Below, in pieces: positions 39,001 through 54,001 of a DNA stretch of 64,000 nucleotides. The notes beneath the pieces were generated by a model. That model saw only the letters and a program-made list of their open reading frames with translations, had not been told where the DNA came from and made no database searches. The number at the start of each line of letters is the position of its first letter. Position 1 is the first letter of the stretch. The translations under genes and the position numbers were made by a program. The stretch covers positions 2,914,001 through 2,978,000 of the forward strand of contig CM007990.1 in assembly GCA_002189035.1 (NCBI GenBank), read 5' to 3'. This DNA comes from Utricularia gibba (Eukaryota; Plantae; Magnoliophyta).

Positions 39001-40399
39001 GGCACAAACATCAACAAACGAAAGCAAAGCAGTAAGAAGTTTGGTTTCAGTCTGCTACTGTTCCTGGACCAAAATAGTAGCGCTGAACTGGTTCTGATGC
39101 TGTTCTTGAGGATGAAGCTCTTCTTCTCCTCTTCTGGTCGGTGTTCTTCATGTTGGAGATGTTGTTGTTGGTGGAGAAGTCGTCCCACTCCCCCCTGGAG
39201 GTTGCTGAATGTTGGTGGGAAAAATCCCCCTGTGTGCATTCTAAAAAACGCGTTGTCCCCTTGCGATTTTCTCTCCTCTCCCTTTCTCTCGCCTCGCAAT
39301 GCCCAAGGCAAGCACATTCTCTGATAGTTCTACTGCTCCTGCCCCTGACTTGTAGACAATTGTCAGCACAGTGTATGCATTACTTCCTACTGCGTGGTAA
39401 CCTACACAAAATCCTTGACTTTTCCATGATTTTCGGGTAGCTGCTGGGCTCAAAATTGGGTTAGAACATGGGTGGGCTAAATCCTTTGATTTAGCCCACT
39501 AACACACCAAAATCACATTTTCCTAAATTATATATAAAAATACTTAAAACTATAAAATAAACAACTAAACATAATTAAAAACTCATGATTTTCATATCCT
39601 AAAAACATGAAAATTTTTGTGCTATCATTAATGCATTTTTTTTTTGTCACGATGGGATACTAAGTCTAAACTAGAATTAATATGATTTAATGGCACATTA
39701 GATGCAATAAACAAAGTAAATGAGATTATGGTTCGGAAAGAAGGAATCTAATGCCTTAAGGTTTCTAGGAGCAATATACTCATCACTATCTCTATCTCAT
39801 CCCCAATTAAAAATTAGTCATCCAACAAAGCAAAAGGCTCAAGTTTACTTAAATCTTTCTTGATTTTAACTTTTGGTCTACCTATAGTTAGGCTCTTTAG
39901 GATGAACACGTCACTATGTTGTATGTTGTGCTTAGCTTCTCATATTGAGAAAAAATAACACAATTGGTGTTTCACATGATGAAAGATCATACTCGTAATG
40001 TATAAGAATGATATTCAAATATGGTGCGACATCTTAACAAAATACCGTGTTTAGACAAAATGCACTTTGACACTCACGCATCACCAATACAAAAGTGTCT
40101 AAACACGCCAAAAGGAGATACAACCCTAATAGGAGTCTACCAGCCCAAAAAAATACAGCACACATTCATCAAAGATTGGAATTGGAGGCAAGTTTAGAAC
40201 AATAAGTAAACAAGTGGTAATCGCATTGTAGAATATGATGAACGAGAATGAGATATTATTCAGAATTAACCAACTCACACGAATATTCAAGCGCAAGAGT
40301 ATTTAAAGAGAAGCGTTTGTAATTGACAGCAATTCCGTAACAGAATGCAATTGTGATTCCACATGAAGGTTCTTGCTGATGCCAAAACCATGGGTAAGG

Positions 40400-42575
40400 A
40401 CAGCTTAGCGGGACTGTCCTGTAACACCATGCGTCTTTAATAAGTTCTCTCTTGCAATCATTTAATGCAAGAAAGTAATCCAACCTCACCGGATTTGTAC
40501 TAATCATCTTTGATACATGAAAGTGCTGAATGATGGATAGTTGTAGCGACATACTTCTAATGATCTCTATAGCCAAACGTTGCTTCTCAATCAAGTCTCG
40601 AGCTTGTTGCACCATTGTGGACCTCATTCGATGCAGCTTTGCACATGTTCTCACATTCAACACTTCCATCTGTCTTAAGAATAGCGTAGACCCCTTGTAC
40701 TCCTGTCCACTTTTCACACAATGCCTCAACAAATCAACATTATTGTATGGTTTGGAGTCTAGCATATCCGGTGTAACACAAACACCCTACACACCATAAG
40801 TAAATTTGTCATTAGTATCCGCATATGAGAAGTTAATATCATATCCCATGATATCTAGATCGATAGGGTATTTCTAATAAACCAAAGATGTATTGATAAG
40901 TGATTTTGTGTCACTTATATTTGTGCTTTTTAGGACTCACTTAGATAAGTTTTGCATTCTTTTTATCCCACTTTCCTTATTTTTTTTAGAAGAATTTTAT
41001 GTCTTTCATACCACTTTAATCTTTTTGGAGGGAAAGTGTGTTTTGTAATTTTTTAGGACGAATTTGGAATAGTTTGGAGGATTTTTGAGCTACTTTGATG
41101 GAGGCTAAGATTTGGTCTATCCAAATGAAGACTCGATCAAAGATTCTCGGATAAGATAAGATTCGCATCTTATCTTGGAAAACTTGGATCTCATCCTAAA
41201 AGATTTGTATCAAATCTTAGAAGATTCGGATAGAAGATTTGACATGAGCCCATCAAGGAAGCCCGACAAATCCTCACCATTATATAAAGATCCAAACGCG
41301 AAGACCTAAACGCAGGTGGTCAAGTGTGGACGACCAGAAAGTCAACTTAGGGTTTAGAGTCGAGTCCAACATGTTTGGGATGTCTTCCCTTTCGTTTTTC
41401 ATCAACTTTTGTTGTTTAGAGTCAAGCATGCGCGTGTGAGCGCTTGCAGCTGAGGATCTACTATAAAACCTTGCTTGCGCAAGTTCTGCGCGTGTGACTG
41501 TCTTACTATATTTTTCAGCATTTAATTTGAGGTTTGATTCTGTTTTTCGCAACGCTTTCTTTACCAACGTGATCTTTAGTACCATATAACCCTAAGGGAG
41601 TGTGGGAGAATCAAAGGTTGGCCTCAATCACCTAAGGAGAAGGGCTCAATCGGATATCGTTGGTAAGACACATTTTGTCTAGTCTTTCTGCGAGGTGTGA
41701 AGTGTAAGGGTTAGATTAGGGTGTGGGGAAAACATGGGTTATCACAAGAGGTGAAATGGCTCTGGTGGCGTGGTTGATTCCATAATCCCACAAAATAAGC
41801 AACGGTGCTATAACGGTCACCGAGTAGCACTACTTTAGCGTAACACCCCTAAAGCTTGCGCAAGCAGGTCAGTATTCAAGGTTTGCACACACGTAAGGGC
41901 AAGTTTCAAGTAAGGTGGATCTTAGATCCAATGCCACTTTTCTTACTGTTTCCAAAACCAAATCTTTCTTTTGTTTTCAATCTTTTTAAGTCTTTGTTTT
42001 GAAAAGAAAATTCTAATAACAATTTCCTGTGGATACGATCTTATTTTATTACTTCGACGGTTTTTGTTCACTTGCAGAATCACCATCATATATCTATATA
42101 CTCTCCAACCTCTTTTATGAATTTTCTGTTTCTAGTTGTGCTTACAAAACTAATGAATTTATATTCATATACAAAACTAATGAATTTATCCTTTCCAAAT
42201 GTCTCCCTCCAATGCATATAATACAGCCACGACTTGTATCTTAGCATGCATAACCTTGGTACATACAGATTGTATTTGTTCAATTTGCTTCCAGACATCC
42301 TCGTTGTAGTCCACGGTGTTGGTTACCTCATCTACCTTGGTGCCCGACCTAGTTAAAAAATCTCCTAGAAGGTAGTATTTTTTTTACCTCGGTTCTAGGA
42401 TGAAGTTTCTCGAACTTTAATTGTACTACTTGGTGATACTCATCTTTGAAATCGTTTTTGATCTCAAAACCATCTTTCATTATCTACTTTAGGGCATGGA
42501 TGAGGTCTTTCTCCTCATCATCGTTCTAGGTTCGCTTTATTTTTTTGCAAAAGTACGAGACAAATGGGTTAGGCA
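40400..42575 (-). mobile_element. PIF/Harbinger-type Myb/SANT ORF remnant, split by a solo LTR
   Basis: NDDEEKDLIHALK..GFEIKNDFKDEY..KLHP..VDYNEDVWK (42575-42280) fits a Myb/SANT-like domain; the C-terminal part lies in ORF 40256-40765. Stops and frameshifts present. Confidence 0.6.
40894..42088 (+). mobile_element. Solo LTR (Athila-like)
   Basis: TGATAAGTG...CACCATCA; flanks TGTAT / TATAT (one-mismatch TSD). Confidence 0.7.
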
Positions 42576-44096
42576 TATTTATATATGGATGAATCATAGA
42601 AAGCAAAAGAGGGAAAGAGGAAGCAAAATCAAGGGCGGGAACTTGAATTTGGGGGAAGAGGAAAGAGCAAATTGTGAATAATATTTGTATTTTAGATGAA
42701 GGGTAAATTTATAATTTTTTATGTAAAATCATCAAAAACTCAATTTTTATCCTTTATACCAAACATGTTTTTATCTATAATCAAAATATATTATATCTAT
42801 CAACCAAACACAAATTTACTTTTAAATACTCAAAACATATTAATTTAAACCCAAATAAACTACATCCGATTTAATGCCAAATACAACCAACAAACGTGCA
42901 CTTTATGTTTTCGACTTACGACATATCACTTTGTCTTTGCAACTTAACCCCTTTCCTTACATTTTTAGATAAAATTGAATTTGAAAATATTTGTATTATG
43001 TTAGGATGTATGACAAGAGAATCCCATATGAGGACTATTTGGTGCATGTGTTTAGGAGTGAGTCGTAATGAAATATCCTTATTTCATCGGTGAGTTTTAT
43101 TTAATTTTTTTTATCAAATGATTCACTTAAACCTATTATAAACCCGCATGTGTTTATATAAATCAAGGGGATAGGTCAATTATCATTTACTTTATTCTTA
43201 ATAACTGCTTTTGCATTAAAAAATTAATTAATTAATATTTTTAATTACAAAAATAAATTCAATAAAAAAATGGAGTCATGCATATTGTATTAAACTAAAC
43301 GATTTTAACCTTCTTAATTATTTAAAAGTAATATAATCCTAGGTACCACTAATATGTTCTACATCCTTATATCAAACATGAGAGAAAAATAAATCAAAAT
43401 AATACAAACTCTTGTACCAAAATGTATCTTGTGTTCAACACCCACAAATCTTGTTTTGCATATACCAAAATAAGTCATATCCGAAGTATGGGCTTGGCGG
43501 GTCATCATGGGTCAACCTAGGCAGATCATGCCCTAGATCATGAGTCGACGAGTCATGGATCGAGGAGTTTCAACCCTTAACTCAAACCATATCCCCTGGT
43601 CACTCGAGTACATGTTGATGGGTCATAGTTGGATCATTCAACCATATTGATAGGCTGTCCATTAACATAATAGATCTAGGGTTTAAAAGATTAGGATTTG
43701 ATTGGGCTTTTACAGGTTGACCCAATCTGATGGGTCAAACCATTTTTATTTTTGGATGACTCGTCATGTACTCATTCAATACGAGTACTGGTGATGGGTC
43801 AACTCGTACCTATGCCCACCTCTAGTATGGGCAAACCGGACTGCCCGGCACGGCATGGTATGGCATCGTGTTTGAGAGGGGGTTTGTACCCCAATGGAAT
43901 GTTCCTAATCCACTTCCTCCCAGAATCGGGCCCCGAGGTGTAGGTTAAGGGTGTTCCAAACCAGGGCCCTTTCTGTTGCTGGCCAGCCCAGATGGTCAGC
44001 TCGTTTTGCGCCCACAAGATACCCGCCGGCATCTCTATAACAGCTCCTTACGCAGTATGTGGCGGGCTGAAGCTTTGCAAGAGAAGAAGACATTAG

Positions 44097-46803
<2,707 letters not shown>

Positions 46804-47074
46804 AAATACGCAGGAGTCTATTTATCATGTATTGAAGACTGTTTTTGTCAAAGGGTTGATGTGAATGAGATGCCATCATCAGAAAAATATATATTTCTTT
46901 TCACTGAAGTTACAGTGTTCAACAACTTGTTCATTGGTGGAGTGGGCACATGTCGGAGCCGGGTTTCTTTGACTGCTTTGAGTGAATGAGCTCACCTTGA
47001 ATGGAAAAGAATCGCCAAATCTATTATAGCAAGCAAATTTATGCGCTAAACCAAAACATTCATACCGGTTCTGA

Positions 47075-48973
47075 TCACGAAGGCTTTGCTTTACGCTTGA
47101 TGTGCTTGAGCTGTTGAGTTCCTGTTCTCATTTCCCTATAGAAATCAAGACAGAATGAGAAGATGTAGAAATATTCATCAAATGTCAGGCTCAGGAAAAG
47201 CTACCTTTGAACTGCGTATACAATCAAGTAGAATACAGGTAGGAGAAGCAAAACCAGTACTGAGATCACAACATATGCAGTGTTTATGCCCTTCTGTAGA
47301 AAAAGGAAAGTGAGATACGGCTATTCAATAATACCAGTTGATGTGTATTTTCCTCAAAAAAAAAAAAAAATATGCATCTTACGTTGCCCCCATAGGGAAG
47401 AATTTTCTTGACTTTGAGCAACTGTGGGCATCACAAAACTGGCGTATGAAAACTTCTAGAAAAGGTGAAACTGAGTTACAATGAAAGCATGAACGGCATG
47501 GACCTTTTTCCTCAGAATGAATGATACGAAATCTTACCATGAAGTCGAGTTACTAGTGGACCTGTATTGAGCGGGAAACAGCTATTTGCAAGCTCCTGAA
47601 AGATGGGCCAATGATTAAGAAATGGAACAAATGAAAATAATACACAAGTCATAAGGAAATGAGAAACCTCGCATAAGTGACGATTTCTACCCGATGCAGC
47701 AGGATTGCACTTTGTTTTCTGAGATTGCGAATTAAGCAAATAATCACAGTGTAACGCTCCACAAAGATCTGCCAAGCATTTTCCGTGACTCTGAATAATC
47801 ACAGAAGGAAGATAGCATAATAAAAAAGATACGTTCTACAATCAAATTCAACATTAATAAAAGATTTCAGGGAGCAGAAAGGCAATATTGGTCACATACC
47901 GCATTTAGGAGATGGTAGTGTCTATTATCAAAATGCATATCCAGATACTCTTCTTTGTAGAAAGATTTCTTGCAATATCCGCAGCGCCATTCATGTAAGT
48001 CAAAATGTATTTTATGCTCTTCTTGCTCCCTAAAAATATCGTTGCTTGGATGAAGTCTACAGTGGGTTGGAAGCTGATACTTTTCACGATCCACAAAGGG
48101 TAGCAGATACTGTAAAGGGCATCTACATCGGCTAAGGATGATAGAAATTATTTAACCAATGTAAATAAAATCATTACAGGACACCTTTTCTATAATATTC
48201 CAGGCAGCCCGACTACGCTCTCTTGAACAGTGAACTTCCGGAGGATATTCTTCCTTGGTAGTATCAAAAGTAGAACTATGACAAAAAACATACTACTCGG
48301 TGACAAATCTCAATGCATACAGTTTCAATGCAGAGGGTGACACAAAACAAAAGGGCAAATGCTTAAGCACTATATTGAAGTTTCATAAAATGGGACAGCT
48401 TTATAGAGCAAATGAAAATTGTGTCATACGATAGTTCCTAATTCCAATGCAAGAAAACATCTCCATTTATGTGGCTGATACGCCAGGGAATACTAACCCT
48501 TTTGTGAAAGCTAAACATGACAGAAAATGTTACCTTGAGGCCGTATGGACCACTCCCTGCGGGGAAAGTGATCCAGAATGTTAAAAGAAAATAAAGTAAC
48601 AGTATAGTTCGTGTTAGCGAATTCAAAGTATACTTAATAATAAAATCCCCGGAACCACGTGTTATCAAGACTAAATTCATCTCCTTTTAATCCCTTTCTG
48701 AAATCTTAGAGAATGAAAACGAACAGAATATCTCAACCGTGGATAAGGATCGATGATATTATCAGCAGCCCTAAAGCACTGCTGCCCAACTCGAAATTTC
48801 TTCAAATAATTCATTTTAACTTTCTGTGATTCACCAATTACCTGGATTGTAGTTGAGGGAAGAACATCAGAACCAGCAAGGGCGAAGAGTTGCAACGCAA
48901 AAGGAACAAGAACCAGCAAGGGCGAAGATTTGCAATGCAATGAAACAGAATACCCACAACGCCTCATCCCCAT
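47075..48973 (-). CDS. C2H2-like zinc-finger protein with N-terminal signal peptide and C-terminal TM helix (family of Arabidopsis At5g63280, from memory)
   Basis: Exons 48973-48842, 48556-48534, 48275-48185, 48109-47900, 47790-47668, 47595-47538, 47455-47383, 47293-47205, 47135-47075. Motifs VHCSRERSRAAW, CGYCKKSF..HFDNRH, CLADLCGALHC, RQFCDAHSC. Phase mismatch at the exon 7/8 junction. Confidence 0.85.
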
Positions 48974-49819
48974 AAGCTAGCAAGCAGGAGTCACTACTTT
49001 TCCAGAACGAGCACACGTGAACAAACAGCAATTGAGATTTCAAGATTTACAAACAGACAAAAGGAGCTGTATTCACTCCTCCAGCAGTTCACTACAGAGG
49101 CGCGACCCAACATTAAATTTAGGCCTCTAATTTTTTAGAATTCTATATCAATTATGCAGCTTAATTAAAATGTATTTGGCTTCTGCCGTAACAACTTTTC
49201 AAAGTCATAATTAATAAGGTTCTCGTGATTATGTTTAGCTTGAGAAGCCAAAGTGCTTAATACTTATTGGGTTAAGGGAAATTCCCAAATTATAATTCAT
49301 ACTTTTCCGAAGAGGATAAAAGGCTCACATCTGTAAAGACAAAGGCTAGACTCAAAAACCTTTATGAGAGTTATTGGGCTCAGCCCAAGAATGCTCCACT
49401 TTATTCAAATGGACATCGCACTACTGCTTATTTCATATAGCTTGGAGGCTCAAAACGTATAGGTCTAAGGTGGTCACCTAATAAATTTCCACATGATAGA
49501 GGTCAAGATCATAATCTATCAACATTCATCACGAAGGAAGCTCTGAAATTACTTAGCTTGGGAGGTGGTAAGGCTTAATGCCCATGGATCAAAGGATCCA
49601 AAGAGATTCCCTAGTAGTCACCCAATTCGATTTCAAGGTATGGTGTATCCTCCTTTGCTCTTAGGGTCTTCTTCCTTCTAAAGACCCTAACCTTTTTTCC
49701 AAGGTCTCCACCAACTTCATTCTATTAGCTACCAGGCACTCCTCCTCGGTTCGCACAAACACCATGGTATCATCCAGCATGACGTACTTGGCACCTATGT
49801 TGCACAAAGATGAGTGCGT

Positions 49820-51540
49820 GGGTGTGAGATTCGTTGATTTTAGGGATCCGATTTTTAGGGTGCGTTAAATGTGCATTATTTTAAAATATACATTAAAAAA
49901 TTAATTTATCAAATACAACAACTAATTTAAAAACATTCATTAATACCTAAAAGATAATACCAAAAAACATGAAACAGCATAATAGAAAATTTCAATTTAA
50001 CAAAATGTGCATGAATTGCACTAGCCTAAATATCAGAGTCAACATCTAATCCTAAATCAAAGTCTTCATCATTGATTCCACTCCCATTACCATTCCCTTG
50101 TTGTTCTCCATACAATGGGATGTCGTAAGACTCATTAATCTCTTGTTCTAGCATATTTATCTCCAAAGATAAGTTACTATTTTCAAGAATGCTAGAATCA
50201 TTTACCTTATACAAGTCACCCAAAATATCCCACATCTTGGAGACTTTATCAGTATACTCAAGTGATTTTTGAGATAAGAGGTGTAGATTAGTGTGCACAT
50301 AAACAAGATCTTATGCTCATTGAGTAACTTGTTCCTTGTGACTAATGCATGAACTTATAAGTGCTCGATTTTCTCTCACAAGCTGATGAAGATGACACAA
50401 GACAAAGTAATTTGAATGCAACATTTTGAATTAGAGGTGTCTTACCTCCAAAACATGACCACCATTCAATTCCATCCATAGATGTTCTTCCATCAATAGC
50501 ATCCAAAGAGCTTAATTCAAATCTTGCATTCACATATCTTCCAAGCTCACCAAATACTATCAAGTGTTTCTTTCTATCACCAAGAAGTCGTTCCAATCCT
50601 TTATCTTTCAAGCTAAGCAATACTTGATCAGTTTGAAGTGAAGCCATGCTAGGATGTTCATCTCTCCATGCTTGTGATCCAATTCTATAAATACATTAAA
50701 CAAATAAAAAAATCTCAAATATAGAAATAGAAAAAAAAATCAGAATACTTAAGTTGTAAAAGGATTTAATGTGTGCACCACCAATGCATGCAGGGGAGTC
50801 AAGCAATGTTCCATCTTGTATGTTATCTTTACATTTATGATCTTCCAAAAGTCACTTTCCATATCAATGTTCTTTTTTTTTTTGAAAGTATATGTAACTT
50901 TCTTCACCTTTTCCAACATGGAATGCCACATAGTGTAAATCATGTGAAGACTAGCTTTTTCTGTATCATAGATTCTGAGCATAGAGTAAATAAGAGTTGC
51001 AAAAGAAAGCACATTATCAATGGAGTCCTAAAAATGTATGTCCAAAATTGTATCACCATATTCTCTTGCTTTTTACATCTCATCATTCTGACATACATAT
51101 AGATTAATCCATTCATTACTAACAACCATATCTTTCAACTCTTGTTGAACCATCTTAAACCATCTCATCATGAAAATAACCGAAGCAAAACTCGCCTCTA
51201 CCACTGTTAATAATTTTAATTTAGCATATCTTTTAAATAAAGCAAACCTCCTTTGGTGACTTGTGATAACTTGCTTTATCTTTTTCATCTTCTCAATGGT
51301 TTCCATAATCCATCCATACTGCATACAAGCTAAGGTGTTTCATATAGGTGAGAAAATATCTTTACAAAGCAAGTTTAACGTATGCACTATACATGGAGTC
51401 CAAAAAATCTACAATATTAACAAAAATATTAGGAATACACATTTGTATAAATATGAAAATAAAATATAAATTTATATTACCTTTGGGAATTTTTCTTCTA
51501 TAATCTCACTAGCAATCTTACAAGCACTAGCATTATCAGT
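49820..51540 (-). mobile_element. Degenerate hAT transposase (DUF659/dimerisation-domain type)
   Basis: WWSCFGGKTPLIQNVAFKLLCLVSSSSACERKSSTYKFMH and TPLHALVVHTLNP; fragmented ORFs; boundaries approximate. Confidence 0.75.
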
Positions 51541-51568
51541 TATAATTTGTACCACATTTCAGCCTCAA

Positions 51569-54001
51569 TGATGAACCCCAGCAAGAGATGATGGGCATTT
51601 GAGGAATGATGAGGATGCATCACAAGTGGATACCTTGGATATAAAGATCATTCCACTTGGACCAATCACAAGGATTGGGAGCAAGAAGATTGAAGCATCA
51701 CTCATGTATCTATTCAACAATATTGGATTAGAAGTTGAGGTTGAAATCTTACCACCAAAAGAGGTCAACTACTTCAAAGTGGACCAACTTTAGGATCCAA
51801 AATATGTCATCCTCCTTGATGTTTGTTTTTAGATTTGGTTCTCTTTCCTTTTTATTTAGTTTGGACTTAATAATGTTAAAACCCAATTCGAAAGTATAAA
51901 TACTCTAGAGATGTACTCTTTAAGGGATCTTTAATTTATTTCATATATCTTGTGAGTAATTTCCTCTATTTAGAATATTTGAACACTCTTGACTTATCAA
52001 GTTTGTGATATCCAAGGATTATGACTTCCAATCCGTTCTCCTTGTGAAGTTTGTCTCCTTATTCTTGTTTCTTCTATAGTCTGATTGTAAGAGACTCATT
52101 CTCTTGAGGGTATACTTGGGTGGATCTTTTTCTAAGCATCAAAATCATCTTATGTTTATGGGTTGCTAATCTCTTTAAATTAGAGGGTCATATCATTTGG
52201 TATCAGAGTTTTTGGGTTCCTTTATGAGTATCTTGTTCTTCTTTTAGTTCTTCTCTTTCTACTTATTCCAAAAACCAAAGAAAAAAAAAAAAAACAAAGC
52301 CACGGCCTTCACCATATCTTAGGCTTTGGCAAAGCAAAAAAAAAAAAAAAAGAAAAAAAGGTGCAATGGAAGTTTATTGAGGAAAAGCTCGAAATTGAGT
52401 TTCAATTGAGTAGTAGGAATACCTTGAACATCCACTTCAAAAGTATGAAAGAGAAGGAGGGTGAAGATGAACACCCATCACTTATCACTATCATCCATTA
52501 TTTGTTTATTGTTATTTCTTTATTTCACCCATTCCATAAAGGAACCTCTTTCTTGTTGTTTTCTTTAGTTACAATCCCCATGCTCTGTCATTTTTTTGTC
52601 TCTATCATCTTATTTGATTTTTTTTGTTTGTTGTCCATTCCTTTATTTCTACAATCCCACAAGCAATATGTTTTGGGTTTAGTGTTTATTCATGTGATTC
52701 ATGTTCTACTTTGTTTATTGTCCATCTCTCTTGTTCATCTACTCCAACAAGCAAGTAACTTATTGAGCTTTTTTAATTCAAGCACTCTCCTTTATCTCTA
52801 TCTTGAGTCAATTAATTCTGTTACCCTCACTTAACCCATCATAACACCATAACCATTACTAATATGGAAGTGATTCATTGTTGGGATGTCGTGAGATCAA
52901 GCATGATGATTTAAAGAGTGCATCAAGGACTTGAAGCGTGAAGATTGAGTGGTAAAAATCATGTGTGTTTCTTTATTCTTTGGCTTTAGTTTCTTTTCTT
53001 CCTTGTTGCTCGTTTCTTTTCACTGTTTTTTAGGATATCAAATTCAAAAAGTGAGCATGAGAAAGACGACTGACTGGATGACAAGTTCACTTTGAGAGGT
53101 ATGCAACAAGAATTTGCAAGATTGCATCATATTATGGAGAATAATGTCAGGCTTGATGAACACGAAAACTCGCTTCAAAATGTTGCAAGAGTTCAAGTTG
53201 TGCGACATAATCATGCAGCCAAAAGAGGTCGAGGTGTGCAAATTCCTCAACGTATCTACACTGAACCTGATTTCAACGATCAATGAAGTGAAAGCTCCAA
53301 AAGAGATAGAATTCCGAATAATGATGAAGAAGATGAGTACCAGAGGACTCCTAGTTTGAAATTTGGAGGCATAAAGAAGATGCAGTAGAGAACTAAAGGG
53401 AAATCATCCATAGAACACTCCAAATTCGGCACCCCATCAAGTTCCAAACAAAGGGAGGGAACAACACTTCCAAATGGTACAACAAGGATCATAAAATGTT
53501 TCAAATGTTTGAGACATGGACATATTGCTTCTGAATATCCAAATACAAGAGCAATGATGTTGCGAGCAAATGGAGAAGTGATTAGTGAAGATGATGATGA
53601 TCTCATGGAGATAGAGGCTAAATTGAGTAATGAGGATGAAATGCCTATTTTTGGAGAAATGTTAGTCATTAGAAGAACACTTAATATTGGAGTTAAGGAT
53701 AATGAAGCATAGAGAAAATTTATTTCAAACACGCTGCTTTGTTAATGACAAAATTTGTAGCTTGATCATTGATGGAGGTAGTTGTACTAATGTTGCTAAC
53801 AATATCTTGGTGGAGAAATTGCAACTAAAAATTGTGAGGCATCTAAAGTCTTACAATTATAGTGGTTCAATGAACAAAGTGGGGTAAAGGTGATCAAACA
53901 AGTACTTGTGGCATTTTGTATAGGAAGATAGGAAGATGAAGTCCTATGTGATGTTGTAACTATGCATGCTAATCACATCCTTTTGGGGAGGCCATGGGAA
54001 T
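51569..54001 (+). mobile_element. Older, truncated CRM-family element (5' LTR, PBS, gag, protease)
   Basis: LTR 51569-52195; PBS TGGTATCAGAG at 52198; knuckle KCFKCLRHGHIASEY; PR LIIDGGSCTN; ends at GRPWE where the hAT begins. Confidence 0.88.

Noticed and set aside
40256-40765. 169-aa ORF as an independent host gene
   Set aside because: It is better explained as the C-terminal part of the disrupted Harbinger Myb/SANT ORF on the other side of the solo LTR.
43480-43870. MITE or defined promoter elements upstream of ELP3
   Set aside because: The GGGTCA/TGACCC-rich sequence is suggestive, but I could not define TIRs, a TSD or a reliable motif.
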